Of a DNA stretch of 64,000 nucleotides, positions 29,588 to 38,987 are shown piece after piece. Position 1 is the stretch's first letter, and every line of letters starts with the position of its first letter. The notes beneath the pieces were generated by a model, which was not told the DNA's origin, ran no database searches, and saw only the letters and a program-made list of their open reading frames with translations. Source of the DNA: an uncultured Collinsella sp. (GTDB lineage: Bacteria > Actinomycetota > Coriobacteriia > Coriobacteriales > Coriobacteriaceae); the NCBI GenBank assembly GCA_902493535.1, contig CABUQG010000007.1, positions 887 to 64,886 of the forward strand. Direction: 5' to 3'. Both the position numbers and the translations under genes were made by a program.

Positions 29588-30097
29588 CTAGTTCTCGGTT
29601 TGCTCAACCCGTACCTTGACACGTGTCGGATTGCCGTGGCTGTCGAGGGTCTTTGCATCGAGTGCCTGGATCTCGATGTACGCCTCGCCTTCTTTGATGT
29701 CGCCGGCGGGGCACGTCTCGATTGTCTTGCCGGTCTCGACCACACCGGATTCGTACATGGTCTCGTCGTTTTGGATGACGCGGAATCGCTGGGGAAATTT
29801 ATTGTCTTGGACGTTTTGCACGTTGACGCGCAGTTTGCCGTCCTCCTGCAGCTGAGCGACCGGCGCGACCGAAATCGTCATCATGTTGTCGCGGACGATG
29901 GCGTCGAGCTCATCTTGGATTTCCTGGCGCGTTTTGCCCTCGGCCGTCGTAACCGAAGCGCCCGCCTCGGGTACGGGCTGCGACTGCCAAACGTATAGTC
30001 CTACGGCGACAAGGGCACAGACGATGGCCAAGCAGGCAACGATGAGCTTCTTGCGACGACCCAGGCCTGCAAAGTGGGGTGGCTTCTTCGCGCTCAT
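29588..30097 (-). CDS. Membrane-anchored extracellular hypothetical protein
   Basis: Basic N-terminus plus single TM, then EIQDELDAIVRDNMMTISV...YESGVV; ATG overlaps the upstream TGA. Confidence 0.75.
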   Translation of the reverse strand: MSAKKPPHFAGLGRRKKLIVACLAIVCALVAVGLYVWQSQPVPEAGASVTTAEGKTRQEIQDELDAIVRDNMMTISVAPVAQLQEDGKLRVNVQNVQDNKFPQRFRVIQNDETMYESGVVETGKTIETCPAGDIKEGEAYIEIQALDAKTLDSHGNPTRVKVRVEQTEN

Positions 30098-30390
30098 GCG
30101 GCATCCTTGGCGGTATAGACGCGCGCAAAGGTGGACGGGTCCGCTCCAAAGAGCATGTGAAGCATCAGACGGCGCGAGTAGACGAGCTCGTCGAAGTCGG
30201 GAGGGAGCTCGATGTCGTGGATATGCGCGATGTGGTGGGCGAGCGCCGAGAACGACTCGGGGTCGCAGATCACATCGGTGGTAACGTGGTAGACCGTCGT
30301 ATCGGGGAATGCCTCTTCGTCGAAAGGCAGGAGATGGGGATCGTCGTCGACTTCGATGGCGATGCCGTACTGGGGCCAGTAATATGCCAT
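30094..30390 (-). CDS. Small hypothetical protein, possible truncated DUF559-like fold
   Basis: GGAGG SD; MAYYWPQYGIAIEVDD resembles the D-x-xWP-x-x-x-AxEYD strand of DUF559 proteins. Confidence 0.55.
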   Translation of the reverse strand: MAYYWPQYGIAIEVDDDPHLLPFDEEAFPDTTVYHVTTDVICDPESFSALAHHIAHIHDIELPPDFDELVYSRRLMLHMLFGADPSTFARVYTAKDAA

Positions 30391-30735
30391 GGGAACCTCC
30401 CTGCTTCTGGGCCAAAACTTCTATCGGTTTTGGCTGTCGACGCCGACCTTATCAGCCGCTACTTGACCAATTTCTGACCAAATGCTTGACGGATTGGCGT
30501 CTCCGCAGGTAAAAGGCGGCAAAAAATACTCCAACTTTTTTCGAGCGACAATCGCGCGGTCGGCGACGGCGGGGCCATATGTGTCAAAAGCATCGTCTGC
30601 CGAGGAAATCAAGCCGCTCGCCGAATTGCACGAACGTAAAAAACGCCAATTATGGAGACGGTCTCGAACACGTCGACGAAACGATGCGGTAACATCTCCC
30701 TGCAAACACTGTAGTTAGCTAAAGGGGGAGTTCGC

Positions 30736-32337
30736 GTGTCTGCAACCATCAAACCCTTCACCGACGAGTTCGAAGAGTATGGCCGCGATGAATCTCGCGC
30801 ATCGGGCGAGGCCTCGAGCATCTCGTTTCCGACAACGGAAAACGAGGTCCGTGCCATTTTGGAAAAGCTCCATGCCGAGCGTGTTCCGGTAACGGTTCAG
30901 GGCGCCCGAACCGGCCTTGCCGCCGGCGCCGTGCCCCACGGCGGGCATATCCTCAATACTTCCCGTATGAATCGCTATTTGGGCCTTCGCCGCGATGAAC
31001 AAGGCCAATTTCTGCTGCGCGTGGAGCCGGGCGTTGTGCTCTCGGAGCTGCGCAAGCAGCTGAGCAAGAAGGTGCTGCCGACCGCTGGTTGGGACCAGGC
31101 ATCGCTTGAGGCCTACGAGGAGTTCCAAGAGGCTCCCGAGCAGTTTTTTCCCACCGATCCCACCGAGGCGTCTGCCTGTCTGGGCGGCATGGCGGCATGT
31201 AACGCCTCCGGTGCCCGCAGCTACGCCTACGGCCCCATGCGCCCACATATCACGGGACTCCACGTCGTGCTGGCTGATGGCGATTTGCTTGAGCTTCGGC
31301 GCGGCGAGGCTTTTGCCCAGGGCCGCCACCTGTCGCTCGTGACGGCAGCGGGCCGTACACTCGAGCTCGATCTTCCCGGCTATACCATGCCCAAGACAAA
31401 AAATGCTTCGGGCTATTTCGTTGCTGACGATATGGATGCCATCGATCTGTTTATCGGTGCGTGTGGCACAATCGGTGTCATCACCGAACTCGAGATTGCC
31501 CTGCAGGTGGCACCCGCGGTCGTTTGGGGCGTGAGCTGCTTCTTCGACAGCGAAGACAAGGCCGTGTCCTTCACCGATTCTGTGCGTCCCGTCCTGTCCC
31601 ATGCGGCTGCCATCGAGTACTTCGATGCTGGCGCCCTGGATATTCTACGTCGCCAGCGCGAGCAGTCGACGGCGTTTGCCTCGCTGCCTGCGCTCGACAA
31701 AGACGCCAAGGTCTGTGTCTACGTGGAGCTCGACTGCGACGACGAAGCCCAGGCGACTGAGGAGCTGTATCACTTGGGGTGGGTACTGGAGCTTGCGGGC
31801 GGCAGTGACGATGCGACATGGGTCGCGCGCACCGAGGTCGATCGCGAGTGTCAGCGATTCTTCCGCCATGCGGTGCCCGAGAGCGTCAACATGCTCATCG
31901 ACGAGCGCCGCCGCATGGATCCCACCATCACCAAACTGGGTTCGGACATGTCGGTGCCCAACGCGCACTTGGCCGATGTTATCGCCCTCTATCGCCGCAC
32001 GCTGGCGGAAAGTGGGCTTGAATCTGCCGCCTGGGGGCATATCGGTAACAACCATCTGCATGTGAACATTCTGCCGCGCGATGCACAGGATTATCGCCGC
32101 GGCGCAGAACTCTTTGCCCAGTGGGCTTCCGAGGTCACGGCCATGGGCGGTGCCGTCTCCGCAGAACACGGCGTCGGCAAGATCAAGGCGGGCTTCTTGG
32201 AGACGATGTACGGTCACGAGGCCATGGTCGAGTCGGCGCGGCTCAAGCTCCAGCTCGATCCCGACGGGCAGCTGGGTCGCGGCAACCTGTTTTCGGAGAA
32301 GCTCTTGGATGAGCTTGTCCAGAAAGGGGGCGTGTGA
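30736..32337 (+). CDS. FAD-binding oxidoreductase (GlcD/LctD-like D-2-hydroxyacid dehydrogenase)
   Basis: QGARTGLAAGAVP, GGMAACNASG, GHIGNNHLHVN and SAEHGVG motifs. Confidence 0.9.
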   Translation: MSATIKPFTDEFEEYGRDESRASGEASSISFPTTENEVRAILEKLHAERVPVTVQGARTGLAAGAVPHGGHILNTSRMNRYLGLRRDEQGQFLLRVEPGVVLSELRKQLSKKVLPTAGWDQASLEAYEEFQEAPEQFFPTDPTEASACLGGMAACNASGARSYAYGPMRPHITGLHVVLADGDLLELRRGEAFAQGRHLSLVTAAGRTLELDLPGYTMPKTKNASGYFVADDMDAIDLFIGACGTIGVITELEIALQVAPAVVWGVSCFFDSEDKAVSFTDSVRPVLSHAAAIEYFDAGALDILRRQREQSTAFASLPALDKDAKVCVYVELDCDDEAQATEELYHLGWVLELAGGSDDATWVARTEVDRECQRFFRHAVPESVNMLIDERRRMDPTITKLGSDMSVPNAHLADVIALYRRTLAESGLESAAWGHIGNNHLHVNILPRDAQDYRRGAELFAQWASEVTAMGGAVSAEHGVGKIKAGFLETMYGHEAMVESARLKLQLDPDGQLGRGNLFSEKLLDELVQKGGV

Positions 32338-32339
32338 AG

Positions 32340-33155
32340 ATGAGCGATTTCCATATGGTGGTGTGCGTCAAGGCCGTGCCGGGCAGCACCGAGGTCAAGA
32401 TGGACCCCAAGACCAATACCATCGTGCGCGATGGCAAGCAGGCGGTCATTAATCCCTTTGATGCGAGCGCTTTGGAATGCGCGCTGGCGCTGAAAGACGA
32501 CTTTATCGGCTTTGGCATGGACGTGCGCGTAACGGTGGTGTCGATGGGCATCCCCGCGACCGAGTCGCTGCTGCGCGACTGCATCGCTCGAGGTGCCGAC
32601 GACGCGCTGCTGCTGACCGATCGCGCCTTTGCAGGTGCCGATACCCTGGCAACCACCTATGCCCTCAAGTGCGGCATCGAGGCGCTCGACGAGGACTTCG
32701 ACCTGCTCATCTGCGGCAAGATGGCGGTGGATGGCGATACGGCCCAGATTGGTCCCGAGCTTGCCGGAGCCTTTGAGATTCCCTGCGTGACCGACGTGAG
32801 TTGCGTGCAGAGCGCGGGCTTTACGACCTGTGGCTCGCTGGCGCTCGTTCACGGATGCGATGCCGGCGAGGAGACGGTGTATCTTGAGATGCCGTGCGCG
32901 ATGACGACTGCCAAGGAGATTGGCCAGTTGCGTATGCCGAGTATTGCCGGTATTCGCGCGGCGGAGGAGGCGGACGCGCGCGTGGTCAGTGCCGCCGACG
33001 TGAACGCCGACCCCGCGCGTTGCGGTCTTGCTGGGTCGCCGACGCAGGTCGTGCGCTCGTTTGTGCCCGACCGTGACCAAACGTGCGAGGCCGTTGAGGG
33101 GACGGCGTCCGAGCAGGCGGCAAAGCTTGCCAAGATTATCGAGGGGATGGCATAG
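32340..33155 (+). CDS. etfB: Electron transfer flavoprotein beta subunit
   Basis: VCVKAVP, NPFD, AGADTLAT, GKMAVDGDTAQIG and GSPTQV motifs. Confidence 0.93.
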   Translation: MSDFHMVVCVKAVPGSTEVKMDPKTNTIVRDGKQAVINPFDASALECALALKDDFIGFGMDVRVTVVSMGIPATESLLRDCIARGADDALLLTDRAFAGADTLATTYALKCGIEALDEDFDLLICGKMAVDGDTAQIGPELAGAFEIPCVTDVSCVQSAGFTTCGSLALVHGCDAGEETVYLEMPCAMTTAKEIGQLRMPSIAGIRAAEEADARVVSAADVNADPARCGLAGSPTQVVRSFVPDRDQTCEAVEGTASEQAAKLAKIIEGMA

Positions 33156-34361
33156 ATGAGCGGACTGATTATCGATAGCGAAGCCTGTGTCGGCTGCGGT
33201 CGCTGCGTTCGCGCCTGTGCCTCGGGCGGCATCGTAGTGGAAGGCGAACGACCCAGCCGATGCGCCCGCGTAACCGACGGCTGCATCCTATGCGGTGGGT
33301 GCGTCGACGCCTGCCCTGTCAACGCTATCTCGATCGAGCGTGACGAGGCCGCTGGTGCGGTTGACCTCGATGCGTATCGAGACATTTGGGTATTCGTGCA
33401 GACCGACGAGCACGATACGGTGACTCCCGTTGCCTATGAACTTATGGGCAAGGGCCGCGAGCTTGCCGATGCTCGTGGCTGCCGTCTGGTGGCACTGGCC
33501 GGCATGGGCCCCGAGGGTTCTCTCGGTGACCTGGAGCATCTGGTTTGCGCGGGCGCCGACGAAGTCCTGGCCTGTCGCGACGAGCGCCTGCGCCAAAACG
33601 ATGCGGAGGTCTACACCCGCTTGATTTGCGATTTGGTAGCCGAACGCAAACCCGAGGCCATCCTATACGGTGCGACCGCTTTTGGCCGCGAACTGGCACC
33701 CGGCGTTGCCGTGCGTTTGCAGACGGGCCTTACGGCTGACTGCACCGTACTTTCGATGGATACGGAGACGGGACTGCTGCAACAGACGCGTCCGGCGTTT
33801 GGCGGCAACCTGATGGCCACCATTGTCTGCCCCAATCGTCGTCCCCAGATGGCAACGGTGCGCCCCGGTATCTTTAAGGCTCCCGACTTCGACTACGGCC
33901 GTTCCGGCACGATCACCCAGGTGATGCTTAAGGAAGACGCCAGGGCTCGTGTCGAGATTTCGATTCCCGCCGAGGAGTGGGGGCAGCAGGCTTCGATCGC
34001 CGATGCCGAGCGCCTGGTCGTGGTGGGTCGCGGCATTGGTTCCAAGAAAAACCTGCCGCTGATGCGAAGGCTTGCCGAGGCTCTGGGAGCCGAGCTTGGT
34101 TGCACGCGACCTGTCGTGGAGGCCGGCTGGTTGGAGTATCGCCATCAGATTGGCCAGACCGGCGTATCGGTTTCGCCCAAGCTTCTCGTGAGTATCGGTG
34201 TTTCGGGCGCCATCCAGCATCTTGCCGGCATCGGTGGGGCGGAGTGCATTATCGCCATCAACGAGGACCCGGATGCCCCCATTTTTGGTGCTGCCCAGTA
34301 CAAGGTTGTTGGGGATGCCGTCGAGGTCGTCGAGGAGCTGCTGGCCCAGCTTGAGCGCTAG
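33156..34361 (+). CDS. etfA: Electron transfer flavoprotein alpha subunit with N-terminal 2x[4Fe-4S] ferredoxin domain
   Basis: CVGCGRC and CILCGGCVDACP, then TGLTADCT, RPAFGGN, QIGQTG and GVSGAIQH. Confidence 0.93.
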   Translation: MSGLIIDSEACVGCGRCVRACASGGIVVEGERPSRCARVTDGCILCGGCVDACPVNAISIERDEAAGAVDLDAYRDIWVFVQTDEHDTVTPVAYELMGKGRELADARGCRLVALAGMGPEGSLGDLEHLVCAGADEVLACRDERLRQNDAEVYTRLICDLVAERKPEAILYGATAFGRELAPGVAVRLQTGLTADCTVLSMDTETGLLQQTRPAFGGNLMATIVCPNRRPQMATVRPGIFKAPDFDYGRSGTITQVMLKEDARARVEISIPAEEWGQQASIADAERLVVVGRGIGSKKNLPLMRRLAEALGAELGCTRPVVEAGWLEYRHQIGQTGVSVSPKLLVSIGVSGAIQHLAGIGGAECIIAINEDPDAPIFGAAQYKVVGDAVEVVEELLAQLER

Positions 34362-35170
34362 GCGCGCGCCAGCCAGTCGCGCATCTCGTCCTTTAGGCGG
34401 CTCCAGGTTGCCTGCGTGGCGGGGTCGGTAAAGGGCCGCGTAATGCCAAAGGGCGCGTCGAGCAGGCGGTAGATATCGCCCTGCTCGCGCGCCAGCGTGC
34501 GGCTCGCTGGATAGACGAGCTCAAACATAAAGCAGATGAGTCCCACCAGGTAGTCCGCCGGCTCGTTGCGCTCGTCGCGTGCGACGCAGCGGTGCTCGTC
34601 AAAGGCGGCAAGTGTCGGCGACGAGAAACGGCTGCCGAGAAACGTCTTCTCGTCCACCTTGAGGATGGTGTCGACGGTGCTGTCGGCGATGGTGCGCATA
34701 ATGTCGATCTTGTCACCATCGCGCACGATATCGCAGAAGCTTCGCGTGCGCACGTCGAGCTGCGCGGGTAGACGGAAATCGCTGTGATAGGCAATGCTCG
34801 CTCGGATGGGCTCATCTTCTGCCGGGTCATCGATAAAGTCGCGGATGCTCGTTACGGCGGGTGCATCGGCGGGATTCTCGCCAAAGAGGACCTCGATGCC
34901 CAGCGCCGCATGGCTCATGCTCTCGGCGTCCTTAAAGGTGTCCCAGCGTCGCAGCTGCTCAAAGCGGCCCATATCGTGTAGCAGGCCGCAAAGCCATGCC
35001 AGGTCAATATCTTCTGACGACCAGCCCTGCTCGCGCGCTACGGCATCGCATGCCTCGGCCACGTGGTACGTATGCTCGATTTTGAGCGCGATGCGTGGGT
35101 TGGTGGCGTCGTAGGCATCAGTGTAGCTTTTGAAGGCCGCGCGCGCCCGGTCTCGATCGATAGCTGTCAT
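34358..35170 (-). CDS. HD domain phosphohydrolase
   Basis: LKIEHT, LLHDMGRFEQ, SHAALG and VRDGDKIDI motifs. Confidence 0.88.
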   Translation of the reverse strand: MTAIDRDRARAAFKSYTDAYDATNPRIALKIEHTYHVAEACDAVAREQGWSSEDIDLAWLCGLLHDMGRFEQLRRWDTFKDAESMSHAALGIEVLFGENPADAPAVTSIRDFIDDPAEDEPIRASIAYHSDFRLPAQLDVRTRSFCDIVRDGDKIDIMRTIADSTVDTILKVDEKTFLGSRFSSPTLAAFDEHRCVARDERNEPADYLVGLICFMFELVYPASRTLAREQGDIYRLLDAPFGITRPFTDPATQATWSRLKDEMRDWLARA

Positions 35171-35296
35171 AATGACTTCCTAAAAAGTTGTGTCTTTCGA
35201 TCCGGTGGCAATTGTAGGTGAACTCGGTTGCTGTCGGATGATGATTCTGCCGTGTCGCTACATGCGGTTCGGAGACCTTGTCAGGATGAGAAGCGT

Positions 35297-35989
35297 ATGG
35301 TGCTCAAAATCGTTAGAACCGTCTGGCCAGTGATGCTTACCTATGTTGCAATAGGCGCGCCGTGCGGAATGATCATGGGGCAGACGGGAATGGAACCCTG
35401 GATGGTCTTTGCCCTGAGCAGCACGTTTGTGACGGGCAGCGGCCAGTTTATGATCTGCAATCTTTGGCTGGCGGACGTGCCGGCACCTTCGATTATCGCG
35501 AGCGTTGCCGCCATCTCCTCGCGTTTTGCACTTTACTCGGCATCGATCGCGCCGCATTTGAGGGGTGCCTCGAAGCGTCAGACGCTGGCTGTTGCCGCGA
35601 CACTTACCGAGGAGGCATATGGCATCTCGCTTGCCGAGTTGGTTGAAGGGGAGGATTGGGGCCCGCGCGAGTCCTTTGTGCTCAACGTGATCCTCATCGC
35701 AACATGGGGCGTTTCGTGTACGATGGGCGCCATCGTCGGCGCCGTTGTCGATGTTCCCACCGCCATTGCAGCCTTTGTCTGCACCTCGCTCTTTATCTGC
35801 CTGCTCTTTTCGCAGCGGCTGTCGCGCGGCAACGTTGTCGCGGCGGTTTCGGGCGCGGTGTCCGTCGCCGTATGCAAGTTCTTGGGCCTCGCGAATATTG
35901 CCGTGCCGGCAAGCGTCGTGGCCGGCATTGCCATTGCGTTGGCGTGCGATGCTGTATTTGACGGAAGAGGTGCCCGCGATGCCCGTTAA
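35297..35989 (+). CDS. azlC: AzlC-family branched-chain amino acid exporter subunit
   Basis: GSGQF and LTEEAY motifs; hydrophobic; paired with azlD. Confidence 0.82.
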   Translation: MVLKIVRTVWPVMLTYVAIGAPCGMIMGQTGMEPWMVFALSSTFVTGSGQFMICNLWLADVPAPSIIASVAAISSRFALYSASIAPHLRGASKRQTLAVAATLTEEAYGISLAELVEGEDWGPRESFVLNVILIATWGVSCTMGAIVGAVVDVPTAIAAFVCTSLFICLLFSQRLSRGNVVAAVSGAVSVAVCKFLGLANIAVPASVVAGIAIALACDAVFDGRGARDAR

Positions 35990-36302
35990 CGAGTTCTTGG
36001 TTCTGTGGCTGTCGTCGTGGGCTGCTATCGCGTTCTTTCGCATCGCGCCGGCGTTCGCCTTGCGCGGGCGGACCCTGTCGCCCCGCATTACCGAGGCCCT
36101 GGGCTATATCCCGCCCGCTGCCTTTGCCGCGCTGGTCGCCAACGACTTGGTGAGCCCCGGCGTGTTCGACACGGGACTCTGGCCTGCCTTGGTTCCCTGG
36201 ATTGCGGCCGCCGGCGTCGTGGCGGTGGCAATCAAGACAAAGTCGATGTTGTGGTGCTGCGTTTCGGGCATCGTGTTCTATATCGTTTTGAGCCTCGTAT
36301 AG
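35979..36302 (+). CDS. azlD: AzlD-family membrane protein
   Basis: FFRIAP...ALGYIPPAAFAALV; GAGGTG SD before ATG 35979. Confidence 0.8.
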   Translation: MPVNEFLVLWLSSWAAIAFFRIAPAFALRGRTLSPRITEALGYIPPAAFAALVANDLVSPGVFDTGLWPALVPWIAAAGVVAVAIKTKSMLWCCVSGIVFYIVLSLV

Positions 36303-36443
36303 GAGCAGGACGCGTTATCGTCCCAGCTTAACGAATCGAATTTCTCACCGAGGCGGTCTGCTTCTTCTGGTACCATGGTCAAACTTTACTGTAGCAAAGC
36401 GTGACGTGGGCTTTTGTTCTGCGTCAGCGGAAATGGGGGTTTC

Positions 36444-37466
36444 ATGGCACAGGAAGCGACCGCCAACGAGCAAAAGAAATTCAAGGTCCCGCGTATCCCG
36501 GGCGACATCATGATCTATCCGATGATCGTCGGCCTTTTGCTCAATACCTTCTGCCCGCAGGTCTTTGAGGTCGGCGGCTTCTTTACGGCTGCCTGCCGCG
36601 GCGGCTCCAACACCATCGTTGCCGCGATCTTGCTGTTCGTGGGCGCCGGCATCAGCTTTAAGTCCACGCCGGGCGCCATCAAGACCGGCATCGTCGTGCT
36701 GATTCCTAAGCTTGTAGTGGCAGCCGCGCTGGGTCTGGGCGTCGCGTACTTCTTTAACGATAACTTTTTAGGCCTGAGCTCGGTTTCCATCATCGGCGGC
36801 ATTACGTTTTGCAACATGGCGCTCTATACGGGCATCATGGGCGAGTTCGGCGATGAGTCCGAGCAGGGCGCTGTCGGTATCCTGTTCTTTACGGCCGGCC
36901 CCGCCGTCACGATGATCATCCTTGGTGTTTCGGGTCTCGCCAACATCCCCGTCGGCACCATCATCGGATCCATCCTGCCGCTCGTTATCGGCATGGTCCT
37001 GGGCAACTTGTTCCCGTTTATCAAGAACCTGCTGGTCCCCGGCGCCAATTCCGCGATCGCCGTTATCGGCTTTCAGCTCGGTGCGTCCATGAGCCTTTCG
37101 AGCTTTATCACCGGCGGTATTTCGGGTATCCTGCTGGGCCTCATCACGCTCTTTATCGTCGGTCCCATTACCTTTGCCTTCGAGCGCTTGTGTGGTGGCA
37201 ACGGTAAGGCGGCTGTGGCATGCTCCACCATTGCCGGCACGGCCATGACCACGCCGGTCGCCCTCGCCGAGGTCGCTCCGCGCTATGCCGAGCTTGCGCC
37301 CACCGCGTATGCGCAGATCGCCACCGCCGTCATCATCACGGCAATCATGGCCCCGATTCTGACCGGCTGGGTCGATAAGAAGTTCTGCCAGGGCAAGGAA
37401 GACCTGTCGCCTGCCGGTGTCGAGGCCATCGAGGAGGCTGTCGCGGCCGACATCGATGGCGAGTAG
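36444..37466 (+). CDS. kdgT: 2-keto-3-deoxygluconate permease family protein
   Basis: IPGDIMIYPMIVGLLLNTFCP...GGFFTA N-terminus and STIAGTAMTTP...ATAVIITAIMAP C-terminus. Confidence 0.75.
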   Translation: MAQEATANEQKKFKVPRIPGDIMIYPMIVGLLLNTFCPQVFEVGGFFTAACRGGSNTIVAAILLFVGAGISFKSTPGAIKTGIVVLIPKLVVAAALGLGVAYFFNDNFLGLSSVSIIGGITFCNMALYTGIMGEFGDESEQGAVGILFFTAGPAVTMIILGVSGLANIPVGTIIGSILPLVIGMVLGNLFPFIKNLLVPGANSAIAVIGFQLGASMSLSSFITGGISGILLGLITLFIVGPITFAFERLCGGNGKAAVACSTIAGTAMTTPVALAEVAPRYAELAPTAYAQIATAVIITAIMAPILTGWVDKKFCQGKEDLSPAGVEAIEEAVAADIDGE

Positions 37467-37636
37467 CAATCGATACCCATCAATGATTCCGGCGTGCAAC
37501 TCGCGCCGTTTGAGCGCCCGAACGAGAGCTGTCTTGCAGTGATGTTCGGGCGCTCTGCTATTATTCCCCTTACCCCTGCGGAGAAAGGGGCGTTTATTGC
37601 CCAGACACGAATCGGGCGATTCTGACCACTTGGATA

Positions 37637-38797
37637 TTGAAGGGAGGGCGTCTAGTGGTTAAGGCACTCAAGATTGAGATATTCCTGCTATGCATGATTG
37701 TTCTTATCGGGCTTGCCGTACGAAGCCGTCGCTCCCTGTTCTCGAGCACCCAGCAGCTTTTGTTTAGCATGCTTGGCTACACCTCTGCCGCGTACATATT
37801 ATTCGATATGATCTGGACGCTTTCGGATGGTGTGGACGGCACGTTGGGCATTGCAGCCAACTGGATTTCCAACGCGGTTTCGTTTTCGCTCTTCGCCATC
37901 GCGTGTCTCATTTGGTTTATCTATTCCGAGACGATGCAGGGTTCTCGCCTTGTGACCTCGCGCTATAGGGTGGTGCTTGTAACGTTGCCTACGGCCCTGG
38001 TGGTCGTGCTGGCTTTTACCAGTTACTGGACGCACGCCCTGTTCTATATCGATTCGCAGGGCGTGTATCGTCGCGGCTTTGCCTATATGATCCAGCCCAT
38101 TGTCAGCTACTGTTACGTTATACATACGTCCCTGCATGCGTTTGTGCAATCTCGCAGGGTCGAGAGCCTGCAGACGAAGGCTATCTATCGAACCTTAGCA
38201 TTTTTCGCCATTCCGGCCCTGGTGGGCGGTACCTTTCAGATCGTATACTCGGTGCCTGGCCTTTGTGTCGGCATAATGATTAGCATGTTGCTGCTCTATA
38301 TCATCTGCCAGGAGCAGCTCATCTCGACCGACCCGTTGACTGGCCTCAACAATCGCAACCGTTTTGAGACCTATATGCTGTCGCTCTTCTCAAATGTGGA
38401 TCAGGCCGAAGATGTGTATCTGCTCATGATGGACGCCGACGGCTTTAAGCAGATTAACGATCAGTATGGACATGTGGAGGGTGACCATGCTCTTCAGGTT
38501 GTTTCCGCAGTACTCAAGGACGTCTGTTCGCCGTCCGGCGGCTTTATTGCGCGCTATGGCGGTGATGAGTTCGTCGTACTGCAGAAGGGGGTGACGGAGC
38601 ACGACATTATCCGCCTGTGTTCGGCGATCAATAACGAGCTCTCGCGCGCCGAGACGCCCTACTCGCTTCGAATGTCTATCGGCTACGCGCGCTACGGCGA
38701 TGGGATCAACACGTGGCAAGAGCTTCTGCGCGCTGCCGATGCGGAGCTCTATCGCATCAAGGACGCCAAAAAGAAATCCGGCATCAAGGTTCGCTAG
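37637..38797 (+). CDS. Membrane-bound GGDEF diguanylate cyclase (start uncertain)
   Basis: Multi-TM N-terminus; DPLTGLNNR, FKQINDQYGHVEGD and RYGGDEF. Confidence 0.9.
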   Translation: MKGGRLVVKALKIEIFLLCMIVLIGLAVRSRRSLFSSTQQLLFSMLGYTSAAYILFDMIWTLSDGVDGTLGIAANWISNAVSFSLFAIACLIWFIYSETMQGSRLVTSRYRVVLVTLPTALVVVLAFTSYWTHALFYIDSQGVYRRGFAYMIQPIVSYCYVIHTSLHAFVQSRRVESLQTKAIYRTLAFFAIPALVGGTFQIVYSVPGLCVGIMISMLLLYIICQEQLISTDPLTGLNNRNRFETYMLSLFSNVDQAEDVYLLMMDADGFKQINDQYGHVEGDHALQVVSAVLKDVCSPSGGFIARYGGDEFVVLQKGVTEHDIIRLCSAINNELSRAETPYSLRMSIGYARYGDGINTWQELLRAADAELYRIKDAKKKSGIKVR

Positions 38798-38840
38798 AAA
38801 AAGGGGCGCACGACCGTTGCGATGGTCGTGCGCCCCTTTT
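38798..38840. terminator. Bidirectional intrinsic terminator
   Basis: aaaaggggcgcacgacc/ggtcgtgcgcccctttt. Confidence 0.85.
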
Positions 38841-38987
38841 ACGTTTGTGGGGGCCACCGGCCATAATGCCCAGGCGCGGTGCGGCGAGACGGGCGTCTGC
38901 CGCCGCGACTCGGTACGAAATCAACGAGAACCAGTGTGCTCCATTAAGCTAAAGTTTGCGAACATCCTCTCTAAAAAGGTGAACTCG

